This document shows, piece after piece, positions 10,035 to 20,524 of a stretch of DNA of 64,000 bases (position 1 is the first letter of the stretch; every line of letters starts with the position of its first letter). Both the position numbers and the translations under genes were made by a program. The stretch comes from Chrysiogenia bacterium (GTDB lineage Bacteria > Acidobacteriota > Aminicenantia > UBA2199), in the NCBI GenBank assembly GCA_043826505.1, contig JBDRQC010000004.1:315419-379418 (forward strand). Reading direction: 5' to 3'. The notes under the pieces were generated by a model that did no database searches, was not told the DNA's origin, and saw nothing but the letters and a program-made list of their open reading frames with translations.

Positions 10035-10229
10035 ATGGCCGAAGCGGGGCAGCTGATGGGCCAGGCCACGGGCCAGCCGAAAATCGAACTTTTCGCCGAA
10101 TCGTCAACTCATTTTTTCCTAAAGGTGGTCGACGCCCAGATTATTTTCGATATGGATGCCTCCGGCAAGATCACCGGCCTGACGCTGTTGCAGGGCGGCC
10201 AGAAGCTGCCGGGGAAAAAAATCAAATAA
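10035..10229 (+). pseudogene. Isolated DUF3471-like domain fragment
   Basis: GQATGQPKIELFAES..FFLKVVDAQI.F..GKITGLTLLQGG matches the C-terminal domain of serine hydrolases; its N-terminal part is absent. Confidence 0.6.
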
Positions 10230-10250
10230 TCCCTTGCAACCAGCCGGAGA

Positions 10251-11057
10251 TCATTGGGGTTGCTGCCGTTCCAGAACAGCTTTTTTCAGGCCCTCGATCA
10301 CCTTGACCCCATTGTCCTCGGCCTGCTTGAGGTATTTCAGCGCTTGGGTCGTGTCGCCTTTGGCGAAAAGGATGTTGATCAGGTTGTTGTAGGCGTTGGC
10401 ATGCCCCGGATCGGCCTGGACCGCGGCCAGGTAAAATCCCTGGGCCTGGTCGAAACGCTTCATTTTGAAAAGAATATTGCCGTGGATGAAATGATATTCG
10501 GCCGGCAGATCCATGGTGTCGGGGATCGGGTCGCGAAGCCGATTGTCGAGCGTAACCAGGTTCTGCTTGGCCTTTTCGATCTGATCCTGCAGCCGCCGCT
10601 TCTCATCAGCACTGGGCGCGTTTTCCATCATTTGCCCCAATTCGCTGATCTGGCTTTCCCGCCGGTCGCGCTCCTCGCGCAGGCGGGTGAGATACTCCTG
10701 GTAGGAAAACGCGTAAAATTTATTGAAAGTATCGAAAGCGGACTTGGCGGCTTCTATCCTTTTAAGGGCATCCTCGTACTGCCCCTGCTGGTATTGGATC
10801 TGCGCCACCAGTAAATGGGCGTCGGCAAAGCCGGAAAAAATCTCCAGACAGGCATCGGCTTCTTTCCGGGCTTTCTCCAATTTGCCTTTCTTTAAATGTT
10901 CGGCGCTCTTGAGAAAGTGCACCTTGGCGCGCTTGTATTTCTCGACGGTTTCCTTTTCTGTCTGGTTGAAGTCTTTCTGAGCCGACAGAGTAGGTGCCAT
11001 TACCAGCAGCAGCGCCGCGGCAAACAAGCACAGAGCGATTTGAACTTTGGGTTTCAT
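10251..11057 (-). CDS. Secreted tetratricopeptide-repeat protein
   Basis: Signal peptide, TPR motifs flanking a coiled coil; AGGAGG SD. Confidence 0.78.
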   Translation of the reverse strand: MKPKVQIALCLFAAALLLVMAPTLSAQKDFNQTEKETVEKYKRAKVHFLKSAEHLKKGKLEKARKEADACLEIFSGFADAHLLVAQIQYQQGQYEDALKRIEAAKSAFDTFNKFYAFSYQEYLTRLREERDRRESQISELGQMMENAPSADEKRRLQDQIEKAKQNLVTLDNRLRDPIPDTMDLPAEYHFIHGNILFKMKRFDQAQGFYLAAVQADPGHANAYNNLINILFAKGDTTQALKYLKQAEDNGVKVIEGLKKAVLERQQPQ

Positions 11058-11324
11058 TTCTCCTCCTTTTTCTCAAACAAAAAAAAATTGCCTCCAAAGC
11101 GGCAAAATGAGGATCATTTTTTTCGTAGCTTTATTTTGAATTTATTTTTCCGGAATGTCAATGAGCATGGTGGAATCCTTGCCGGCAAAAGCCGGGTGGA
11201 TTCGAAATAACAAACCCGAGGCCGCTTTTTTTCCCTTCTGGAAAACTTGACCATGCCGGCTGGAGCGGCAAGTTGCCCGCAGGGCAATTTTGCGCTACAA
11301 TGGAACCTCTCGAGAGGTGTGACC

Positions 11325-12716
<1,392 letters not shown>

Positions 12717-12730
12717 AAAAAGGAGGAAAA

Positions 12731-14014
12731 ATGAAAAAGATCATTTTACTGCTGGTTTGTTTTTCATTGCTCAATTTTGCCGGGCTCTCGGCCGCAAACG
12801 ATTCGAAAAACAAGGCGAAATACGAAAAAAGATATCAGGACCCCCTGCTGGAAACCATGAAAGAGGCCCGGGAAAAAGAACAGCGAGTCCTGGATGAGGA
12901 AACAGCTCAGATCCGAAAAAGACAATCCGAAGAAAAAGCCAAGGACAAGGCCCAGGCAAAAAACTTGCGGTCCGACCTGGCCGGGATATACCCGCCGCCA
13001 TCCCCGGCAGCCTGCAAACCGGTATTTCACTTTCCGCCAATTGCCCAGTACAACACCAGCACCTGCTGGAGCTTTGCTAACACCTCTTTTTATGAAACGG
13101 AGATCCACCGTCTGAGCGGGAAAAAGATCAAACTTTCCGAAATTTGGACCGTTTATTTCGAATACCTGGAAAAGGTCCGGCGTTTCGTTCAGGAACGCGG
13201 CGATTCGCTGGTGGCCGAAGGTGGCGAAGGCAATGCCATCAACCGCATTTGGAAAACCCATGGCATCGTTCCGGCCGCAGCCTATCCCGGCTATGTGAAC
13301 AATAAGGAAAAACTGGACCACGCCCTGCTGATCAAGGAGATCCGCGCCTACCTGGATTATGTGAAAAACAACGATTTCTGGAACGAAAAGGACGTGCTCG
13401 ACCATGTGACCGTGGTTCTGAACAAGCACCTGGGCATGCCGCCAGGGCGCTTCGTTTATAACGGCAAGGAAATGACGCCGCAGGAATTCCTGAAAAACGA
13501 AACCCCGCTGAACATGGACGACTACGTGGACGTGATGTCGACCAGCTACTATCCCTACTACACCTTCCAGGAATTCGCGGTCCCGGACAACTGGTGGCAC
13601 AGCAAGGATTACCTCAACCTGCCGCTTGACGAGTGGTATGGTCTGATCCGCAAGGCCATCAAGGCGGGCTACAGCCTCAGTATCGGCGGTGATGTTTCCG
13701 AACCGGGCAAGCTCAGCTTTCAGGATGTTTGCTTCATTCCCAGTTTCGACATTCCCCAACAGTATATCAACCAGGACGCCCGCGAATACCGCATTGACAA
13801 CAAGACCAGCGACGATGACCACGGCATCCATTTGGTCGGCTACAGCCGCATCAAGGGTCACGACTGGTTCCTTGTCAAGGATTCGAACCGCTCATCGCGC
13901 TGGGGCAAGTTCGAGGGTTATCACTTTTTCCGCGGCGATTTCGTCAAGCTCAAGATGCTGACCTTCACCGTGCACAAGGACATCGTAAGAAACATCCTGG
14001 CCAGAATAAAATAA
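12731..14014 (+). CDS. Secreted papain-family (C1) cysteine peptidase / aminopeptidase C-like
   Basis: Signal peptide; QYNTSTCWSF (catalytic Cys), DDHGIHLVG (His), VKDS. Confidence 0.85.
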   Translation: MKKIILLLVCFSLLNFAGLSAANDSKNKAKYEKRYQDPLLETMKEAREKEQRVLDEETAQIRKRQSEEKAKDKAQAKNLRSDLAGIYPPPSPAACKPVFHFPPIAQYNTSTCWSFANTSFYETEIHRLSGKKIKLSEIWTVYFEYLEKVRRFVQERGDSLVAEGGEGNAINRIWKTHGIVPAAAYPGYVNNKEKLDHALLIKEIRAYLDYVKNNDFWNEKDVLDHVTVVLNKHLGMPPGRFVYNGKEMTPQEFLKNETPLNMDDYVDVMSTSYYPYYTFQEFAVPDNWWHSKDYLNLPLDEWYGLIRKAIKAGYSLSIGGDVSEPGKLSFQDVCFIPSFDIPQQYINQDAREYRIDNKTSDDDHGIHLVGYSRIKGHDWFLVKDSNRSSRWGKFEGYHFFRGDFVKLKMLTFTVHKDIVRNILARIK

Positions 14015-14045
14015 TCCGGCCGATTTTTCGCAAGCGAGGCAGGCC

Positions 14046-14351
14046 ATGGGCAAGATCATCGCCGAAGTCACCGTGGTGCCGCTGGGTACCGCCACGACTT
14101 CACTGAGCCAATTTGTGGCCGAAGCTGAAAAGGTCCTGAAAAATTTCCCGACCGTCAAAGCCCTGCTGACGCCTATGTCGACCATCCTGGAAGGGGAAAT
14201 GGTCGAAGTCCTGGCCGCAGTGCAGGCCATGCACGAGGCGCCGTTCCGCATGGGTGCCCTGCGCGTCTCGACCACGTTGCGCATCGACGACCGCCGCGAC
14301 CAACAGATCACCATGGAGGGCAAACTGGCCGCGGTAAAAAGCAAAATGTGA
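14046..14351 (+). CDS. MTH1187/YkoF thiamine-binding family protein
   Basis: VVPLGT.T.SLSQFVA, TPMSTILEGE, RVSTTLRIDDRRD. Confidence 0.9.
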   Translation: MGKIIAEVTVVPLGTATTSLSQFVAEAEKVLKNFPTVKALLTPMSTILEGEMVEVLAAVQAMHEAPFRMGALRVSTTLRIDDRRDQQITMEGKLAAVKSKM

Positions 14352-14368
14352 ATTCCTGGCGGACGGCT

Positions 14369-14794
14369 TCAACCGTTTTTATAAACCTTGATGCGGCCGT
14401 ACATGGAGAGGACGACACGGTAAATCCTTTTTTGTCTTGTCAGGGTGATGGTGCACAGGGGCGAGACATTGCCCAGCGGCGAGAACACCGGGCGGCTGTT
14501 GGCGCTGACCGACAGTTTGTCACTTAAAGCGAAGTTGCGGACCACCTGCCAACCCTGGCCGTTGTCCACGCTGAGCAGCATGCGCCCGGTAACAATCTCT
14601 ACTTTAACCGGCTGGTTGTTCTGAATGGCCAAATAGCGGGCCGTGCTCAAAGCGGAGGTCAGGGTGCGCAGGCCGGTATGGATCTCCATGCGCACAAAAA
14701 ACGACTGCAGGCCCGGTACCATCACCGTGACCAGGAAGGAAAACAAGCTGACCGATATCAGCAATTCAAAAACCGTCAACCCTTTTTTATTCAT
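14369..14794 (-). CDS. FimT/GspH-like minor pilin
   Basis: Prepilin site KKG|LTVFELL; ARYLAI and GRIK motifs. Confidence 0.82.
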   Translation of the reverse strand: MNKKGLTVFELLISVSLFSFLVTVMVPGLQSFFVRMEIHTGLRTLTSALSTARYLAIQNNQPVKVEIVTGRMLLSVDNGQGWQVVRNFALSDKLSVSANSRPVFSPLGNVSPLCTITLTRQKRIYRVVLSMYGRIKVYKNG

Positions 14795-16124
14795 TTTCTC
14801 CCTCCTGGATGAAATGGACACGGAAATTTTTCAATAACTTGAAATTCGTCAGGCTCAGGTAATTGCTGAAAGCGAACCCACCGGCAAAGGCGTCGATCTG
14901 CAGCCGCCCCGAATTCTGGATATCGCCGGCATAGACACCGCCGCTGATCCTGACCGATCCTGCGCCGTTGATCAGCGTCCCGGCGGCAAGCAATTGAGCC
15001 TGAACCATGTTTTCCCCGCTCGTTTCCAGAACGATATCCCCGTTGACCTCGGCGCCGCTGAAAAAATCGCGGCCGCTGGTCATGAGCAGCAGGTTGGGCA
15101 ATTTTTTCTTTTGCAGGTCCAAATTTTCTCCTTCCAGCCCCGAACGCACGACCAGGCGGCCGCTGGCCAGAAGCTGGAGGCGGGAAGCATCCAGGAAGGC
15201 GAACGCGCCTTCTCTTTCAATGTCCCAGACATTGCCGTGCACTATGATCCTTTCAGCGAATACCTGACCCCCAACCGCTTCCGGCCCGCTCCAGACCAAT
15301 GACTCCAGGCCGGGCTGGTAACTGAGTTCGGACCGTCGGCCATCCTGTTGGAAGGAGACGGTCTGCCAGCCGTTGCCGGCAGCGAACTCCAATCGATCCA
15401 AATCGCCCTCGACGAAAACCGCCGCAACCTCTCCCTGGTCCTGCACCAGGTAGATCCCGGGCGGGATGGGGGCATCGGAAGGTTCGAGATTGAATTTTTC
15501 CCTGATCTGCCGCCAGTCCGGAATTGCAGCGCTCAAACCCAGGGCCTCGGCCAGCAGACGCCCGGTTGCGGAATCGACAGCCAGTTTGCCGATCAACGGC
15601 AACTGGACGCCCGGGTACTCCACGGCGCGGGCCGCCAGGTATGTGGCCGCATTTTCAGCGATTTCCTTGTTGATTACCAGCCCGAATTCGCCGGCCGGAA
15701 TATTTCCCTTGATCAGATCCACGCCGGCCTGGCCGGCAGCCAGCAAGCGGCTGCCCTTTTTCCGCACCTCGATGCGGTTGATAATGCGGATCAGACATAA
15801 ATTTTCCTTACTGCTCAGCACTTGCCTGCTGAAATGGTTTTGGCTCAGGCAGTCGCCGTTGCTTTGGTCGGGAAAAACCGTGTTGTTGAAAAAATCGGTT
15901 TCCGGCGCGCTGAAGACGTTCATATCCGCGCTGGCCAATTTCTCCCGATAATTATGAAGATTCAATATGAACGTTTGTTTGAGCTCGGTCGCTACCTGCC
16001 ACTTGTCTTTGCGGGCGACGATGATCTTGACATGGAGATCAGTGTGGGTCAGCAGGGCCAGTCCGGAAACGGAAAGCAGCAGCACGAGCAGCAGCGAAAG
16101 CACGATGTTGCCCCGGCACAACAT
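14787..16124 (-). CDS. Large PilX-like minor pilin
   Basis: RG|NIVLSLL prepilin-like N-terminus lacking Glu5, as in PilX/GspK; position in the pilin cluster. Confidence 0.65.
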   Translation of the reverse strand: MLCRGNIVLSLLLVLLLSVSGLALLTHTDLHVKIIVARKDKWQVATELKQTFILNLHNYREKLASADMNVFSAPETDFFNNTVFPDQSNGDCLSQNHFSRQVLSSKENLCLIRIINRIEVRKKGSRLLAAGQAGVDLIKGNIPAGEFGLVINKEIAENAATYLAARAVEYPGVQLPLIGKLAVDSATGRLLAEALGLSAAIPDWRQIREKFNLEPSDAPIPPGIYLVQDQGEVAAVFVEGDLDRLEFAAGNGWQTVSFQQDGRRSELSYQPGLESLVWSGPEAVGGQVFAERIIVHGNVWDIEREGAFAFLDASRLQLLASGRLVVRSGLEGENLDLQKKKLPNLLLMTSGRDFFSGAEVNGDIVLETSGENMVQAQLLAAGTLINGAGSVRISGGVYAGDIQNSGRLQIDAFAGGFAFSNYLSLTNFKLLKNFRVHFIQEGENE

Positions 16125-16126
16125 GG

Positions 16127-16816
16127 CTATACCAGGTTGAGCAGGAATATGTAACCGCGGACCTGCTCTTTTTTGTTGACTTCGATGCGGTAGAGAAGCG
16201 AATTGGCATCCGGGAAAAAAGTCACGTAGAAATCACTGACCTCCTCCAGCAGGGGCTGGAAATTCCCCTTGTCGGCCTTTCTTTTTAAAATCCGCTGGGT
16301 TGGATAATACTTGTATTCAACTTTTTTCAGGAGCACCACCGGGCTGTTGCGCCCAAAATCGTTTTTCAGCGCGTTTTTCAAGACCAGGGCACCGCCCAGG
16401 CAATCCCTTATCTCATTGAGTTCCCATACCCCTGCCTTCAGGTTATAGATCAGAATGACCTTGTCTTTTTTAAAAAAATCGTTCTGCTCGACCTTCAGGG
16501 TCTGCTGGCCGCAGAGGGCGCTTTCCAGCAGCAATTCATCGGCCAGACCGTATTCACATTTGAAGGTTCCCGCCGCGTTGCTGAAGCAGGAGATGTTGAA
16601 AAACTGCCGGGCTTCCTGCAGGCGCATGCCGCATTTGTTCAGGTCCGACTTGATGGTGTCCACGGTATGGAAGATCGCTTCCAGCCGTTCCTGGTTGCCG
16701 GTTATCTTTTTTGCCGCTTTGGCCGATTCCGTTGAATGGGCAATGATCACCGTCAGAACCCCCAATCCCAGAGACAGGGCGATCAGCATTTCCAGAATCC
16801 CGAATCCTTTAATCAT
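16127..16816 (-). CDS. PilW-like minor pilin
   Basis: KG|FGILEMLIAL prepilin motif; DLNKCG resembles the PilW DLRxAG motif. Confidence 0.75.
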   Translation of the reverse strand: MIKGFGILEMLIALSLGLGVLTVIIAHSTESAKAAKKITGNQERLEAIFHTVDTIKSDLNKCGMRLQEARQFFNISCFSNAAGTFKCEYGLADELLLESALCGQQTLKVEQNDFFKKDKVILIYNLKAGVWELNEIRDCLGGALVLKNALKNDFGRNSPVVLLKKVEYKYYPTQRILKRKADKGNFQPLLEEVSDFYVTFFPDANSLLYRIEVNKKEQVRGYIFLLNLV

Positions 16817-17171
16817 TTTGTACCTCCTGGAGAAATTTTGACTTGTAAAAAATAAGCGGCAGGGAATATTTCGCAGCCACTGCCAGCAGATCGATGCGTT
16901 TCAAAAAAGGCCCGGCCGCTGCCACCCGCCAGCTGATCCTGAATTCCCCGCTATCTTGCCGGTGCTCTCCCTCTGCCAGCTCGGGTGCGGCCATGGACAA
17001 CGAAGAGAGATAGTTCTTGCAATAATCCAGTTTTTCGACCAGGCGGAAACGCAGCTGCGAATTCCGCCCCTGCCCCAGGGCAAATACCGTGATGCGGGCG
17101 CTGAACAGGACCGCCAGTAATACCAGGGTCATGGCGACCAGCGTTTCGATCAAAGTGAAGCCTTTGTTCAT
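16809..17171 (-). CDS. PilV-like minor pilin
   Basis: NKG|FTLIETLVAM N-methylation motif; GGAGG SD. Confidence 0.82.
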   Translation of the reverse strand: MNKGFTLIETLVAMTLVLLAVLFSARITVFALGQGRNSQLRFRLVEKLDYCKNYLSSLSMAAPELAEGEHRQDSGEFRISWRVAAAGPFLKRIDLLAVAAKYSLPLIFYKSKFLQEVQND

Positions 17172-17193
17172 TTTTTCCTCCTGGCAACAGTGA

Positions 17194-17210
17194 TTCAAGT
17201 TCCTTGCCAA
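17194..17210 (-). promoter_or_regulatory. Sigma54-like (-24/-12) promoter for the pilin cluster
   Basis: TTGGCAAGGAACTTGAA on the - strand (GG-N10-GA), placed just upstream of the SD. Confidence 0.55.
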
Positions 17211-17410
17211 ACCTTGATTTTTTCAGCGAATGGCTCTGCCACAGGATTTTTACGTTTAAGTCTGCACTTGACCTGTTATTAAATGTTTACATAATGAGTT
17301 TATTTCGTATATTTATGTTTACTTAATCACAAAAGCCGAAAAATCCACAGCAAGTTTAAAACAACTGAGATATAGCCACTATACAATCCTTATGCTCTGG
17401 CTGCCAGGAT

Positions 17411-17427
17411 TTGGCAGCAATCCTGAT
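17411..17427 (+). promoter_or_regulatory. Sigma54-like promoter for comEA
   Basis: TTGGCAGCAATCCTGAT (GG-N10-GA), placed just upstream of the GGAGG SD. Confidence 0.45.
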
Positions 17428-17449
17428 TGAGCATGGGCAGGAGGTCAAC

Positions 17450-17749
17450 ATGACAAAAACCAACAAACTTCTCACCCTGCTGGTCATCCTGGCGATGACC
17501 GCGGTTTCCACGGTTTCCCTGGACGCGGCCGAAAAACAGGCGGCCGCCGGCGGCAGCAAGCTAATCAACATCAACAGCGCCGACGCCGGCCAGCTGGTCA
17601 AGCTGCCGCAGGTCGGTCCCAAGATGGCGCAGCGCATCCTGGACTTCAGGAAAAGCAACGGCAATTTCAAGCGCGTCCAGGACCTGATGAAGGTCAAGGG
17701 CATCGGCGAAAAGGTATTCGCCAAGCTGCAGCCGCTGATCACCATTTGA
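17450..17749 (+). CDS. comEA: ComEA-family helix-hairpin-helix DNA-uptake protein
   Basis: Signal peptide; ININSA...LPQVGPKMAQRI.DFR...F....DL..VKGIG. Confidence 0.92.
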   Translation: MTKTNKLLTLLVILAMTAVSTVSLDAAEKQAAAGGSKLININSADAGQLVKLPQVGPKMAQRILDFRKSNGNFKRVQDLMKVKGIGEKVFAKLQPLITI

Positions 17750-17754
17750 AAACC

Positions 17755-17786
17755 GGCGGGAGGGGGCCGCACGGTCCCCTCCCGCC
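17755..17786. terminator. Strong GC hairpin between comEA and the next gene
   Basis: GGCGGGAGGGG / CCCCTCCCGCC inverted repeat; no U-tract on the + strand. Confidence 0.5.
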
Positions 17787-17800
17787 ATCAGGAGGAAAAC

Positions 17801-18040
17801 ATGGAAGAAAAAATCAAGGAACTCAATTTACTGCTGCTTTTTTTGACCGGCTGGGAGGAGGATTCGCGCCAGAAACAGGGAGAAAAAGTCTTCTGTACCT
17901 GGAATGGCTATAGTTTTAAAATCCTGAACCAACTCGCCGATGAAAAAATGATCGTCCAGTTCAAGGAGAAAAAACTGGTGCTTGTAACCGAAGCGGGCAA
18001 GCAATTGGCCGAAAAACTCAAAGCCCAGTACCTGAACTGA
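17801..18040 (+). CDS. DUF6429-family small winged-helix-like protein
   Basis: KELNLLLLFLTGWEE...WNGYSF.ILNQL...VTEAG pattern; AGGAGG SD. Confidence 0.72.
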   Translation: MEEKIKELNLLLLFLTGWEEDSRQKQGEKVFCTWNGYSFKILNQLADEKMIVQFKEKKLVLVTEAGKQLAEKLKAQYLN

Positions 18041-18066
18041 TCCCTACCTATTTGTCCCCTTCCCTG

Positions 18067-18107
18067 GAGGCGCGGCGGATCCCGGATCCGGACCGCGCCT
18101 CTTTTTT
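18067..18107 (+). terminator. Rho-independent terminator
   Basis: GAGGCGCGG...CCGCGCCTC followed by TTTTTT, between convergent genes. Confidence 0.8.
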
Positions 18108-18157
18108 ATTTATTAGGTATGGGGCATCCTTGTGATCGCCCATAAGAATCAAGATTG

Positions 18158-20524
18158 TCACCGTTCGCGGTTGAGCACGCGGAAGCGGCGTTCGAGGCGG
18201 TGGCCGTCCTCGTCAATGAGCACCAATAAGTGTTCGCCGGGCCCGGGGTTCAGCGCCACCTGGTGGAAATGGCGGGTGGCGGTCAGATAACGCTCGTCCA
18301 GATGCCAGAAAATAGCGGTTTCGCGGCGGCGGTGGATGGCTTCGAAAATCACCTGGCCGGGTTTGCCGTCCAGATCGATCGGAATAAAAACCGCTGTTTT
18401 CACGTCAGGGTAGACCAGACTGATGACCTGTCGTCCCGACTCGGCCTGGAAAAAATCTGAACAATCCTTGCGGAAAGGGGGCAGGGTGCGGTATTCGGGG
18501 TGATAGCCACGGTAATAGTATTCCTGAACAGGCGGCAGGACGAACCATGGTTCATGGACCATGGCCGCGGGCGATTCGCAACTGGAATCAACCCGATAGC
18601 GCCTCGTCTCGTCCAGGTGCACCAGCCGGTGATAGGGACAGGCCTGCTGGAAGTGGCTCTCGACCGGCATGCTGACGCTCACGGCCGGACAGAATTCGCC
18701 GGCCAGGAAGCCGGAATCACGGCAGACCTGGATCTCTTTCAGCCAGAGCCTGGGGGCCGTGATCGAACCGCCCGTGTCAAGCGCCTGCAGGACCTCGAAA
18801 AGGACCGGTGCCGACGTGGACAGGCCGGTCAGGTCGGGATTGCCCTCGCCGTCGGCATTGCCGGCCCAGACGCCGACCGTGAAGCCCGGCGTCACTCCAA
18901 CCGCCCAGGCGTCACGCAGGCCGAAGCTGGTCCCGGTTTTCCAGGCCACCCACTTGGAAGAGGAGAACTGCTTCCAAAAGCCCTCCTGTTCGGGGCGGTT
19001 CACCTCGGTCAGGGCTTGCAGGGTAAGGTAGGCGGCAGCCGGGCTCAGGTCGCTCATTCTCGCTTTCCGGGGAACATCTCCCTTCAGCAGGCGGACCTCG
19101 CGCCTTTGTCCGGCATCGCCCAGCGCCTGCTGGGCCAGGCCGGCATATAGCCCGGTGACCTCGTAGAGCGTCGCCTCGGCGCCGCCGAGGACCAGCGTCA
19201 GACCGTAGCCGCCGGGGGAGCGGCTGAGCGTGGTAAGGCCCCATTTTTTCAGCAGGTTGTAGAAACGGGGGATGCCGAACTGCTGCAGCATGCGGATGGC
19301 AGGGATGTTCAGTGACCAGGCCAGCGCATCACGCGCCGGTACGGCGCCGCGGAAGCGCCGGTCGAAATTCTCGGGCACGTAGCCGGAAAAATGGGCCGGG
19401 GTGTCGGCAACCAGGGTCGCGGGTGTCAGCCCCCCCTCCTGCAGCATGGCGGCATAGAGGAAGGGTTTGAGGATGCTGCCGGTGCTGCGCGGACAGCGGA
19501 GCAGGTCCACATCCTGCCCGTGATCAGCCCGGGAATCACGCCGGACGTTTCCCACATAGGCCACAACCGTTCCCTGGCGGTTGTCGACGACCATGGCGGT
19601 GAGGTTGCGGATGTTGCCGGCCAGCAGCCTTTCGCCATTACCCTGGACGATCCGGGCCAGCGTGCCCTGCAGGTTGGAACGGATGAAGGAGAGGAACAGC
19701 CGCTCCCTGGGCTGCTGCGCCGCCAAAGTGTCGAGCAGGTGGGGCGCCAGCCGCGGCACCGTCCGCATCCCCCCGGGCAAGGGCTCGGCCTGCGCCAGGG
19801 AAAGCTCCAGGCGGGAGAGGAACTTCCTCTGCTCCAGGAGCCGTAGGAGCCGGTCGCGCTTCTGTTTCAGTAGCCGGCGGTTCTTCTCGCCGGCAATGAG
19901 CTTGGGATCGTTGGGCAGGACCGCCAGGAAGGCCGCCTCTGCCCAGCTCAGGGCTTCGGGACCGCGATCGAAATAGAACCAGGACGCCGCATCGATGCCC
20001 ACGATATTTCCCCCGAAGGGAGCATTGGCGGCATGCAGGTCCAGGATCTGCTTTTTCGAGTAGGAGAGCTCCAAGCGCAGGGCCAAGATCATTTCGCGGA
20101 TCTTTTCCAGGTAGGTGCGGCGCGGGTTCTTGCGGGCGATGCGCACAACCTGCATGGTCAGGGTGCTGCCGCCGCTGACAATGCGGCCGTTTTTAATATT
20201 CGTCCACATGGCCCGGGCGACCGCCCCCAGATCAACCCCTCCATGCCGGAAGAAACGGCGATCCTCATACTGGAGCAACGCCTGGAAAAACCGCTCCGGG
20301 ACCGTTTTCATCCTGGGAAAACGCCATTGCTCATCGGCTGCCAGGCGGGCGCCCAGCAGCCTGCCGTCCGCTGCAAACAAGACCGGGCAAAGCGGATCGT
20401 TGAAAAGCCGGCGCGGCAAAGCCAGCCAGAAAAGTACGGAAAGGACGAGCAGAACAGCGCCCAGGAGCAGCAGGGCCCTTTTGCGCTTGCGAAAGAAAAC
20501 GCTCACCGAGTGATTTCCACCCAT
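18158..20524 (-). CDS. pbpC: Penicillin-binding protein 1C
   Basis: Transglycosylase EDRRF and SGGSTLTMQV; transpeptidase SILK, SLN, KTG; directly downstream of a2M. Confidence 0.95.
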   Translation of the reverse strand: MGGNHSVSVFFRKRKRALLLLGAVLLVLSVLFWLALPRRLFNDPLCPVLFAADGRLLGARLAADEQWRFPRMKTVPERFFQALLQYEDRRFFRHGGVDLGAVARAMWTNIKNGRIVSGGSTLTMQVVRIARKNPRRTYLEKIREMILALRLELSYSKKQILDLHAANAPFGGNIVGIDAASWFYFDRGPEALSWAEAAFLAVLPNDPKLIAGEKNRRLLKQKRDRLLRLLEQRKFLSRLELSLAQAEPLPGGMRTVPRLAPHLLDTLAAQQPRERLFLSFIRSNLQGTLARIVQGNGERLLAGNIRNLTAMVVDNRQGTVVAYVGNVRRDSRADHGQDVDLLRCPRSTGSILKPFLYAAMLQEGGLTPATLVADTPAHFSGYVPENFDRRFRGAVPARDALAWSLNIPAIRMLQQFGIPRFYNLLKKWGLTTLSRSPGGYGLTLVLGGAEATLYEVTGLYAGLAQQALGDAGQRREVRLLKGDVPRKARMSDLSPAAAYLTLQALTEVNRPEQEGFWKQFSSSKWVAWKTGTSFGLRDAWAVGVTPGFTVGVWAGNADGEGNPDLTGLSTSAPVLFEVLQALDTGGSITAPRLWLKEIQVCRDSGFLAGEFCPAVSVSMPVESHFQQACPYHRLVHLDETRRYRVDSSCESPAAMVHEPWFVLPPVQEYYYRGYHPEYRTLPPFRKDCSDFFQAESGRQVISLVYPDVKTAVFIPIDLDGKPGQVIFEAIHRRRETAIFWHLDERYLTATRHFHQVALNPGPGEHLLVLIDEDGHRLERRFRVLNRER

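Noticed and set aside
11100-11324. Possible T-box leader upstream of asnS
   Set aside because: GGTGG occurs but without the GGTGGnACCGCG T-box or a specifier stem, and a -10-like TACAAT lies close to the SD, implying a short leader
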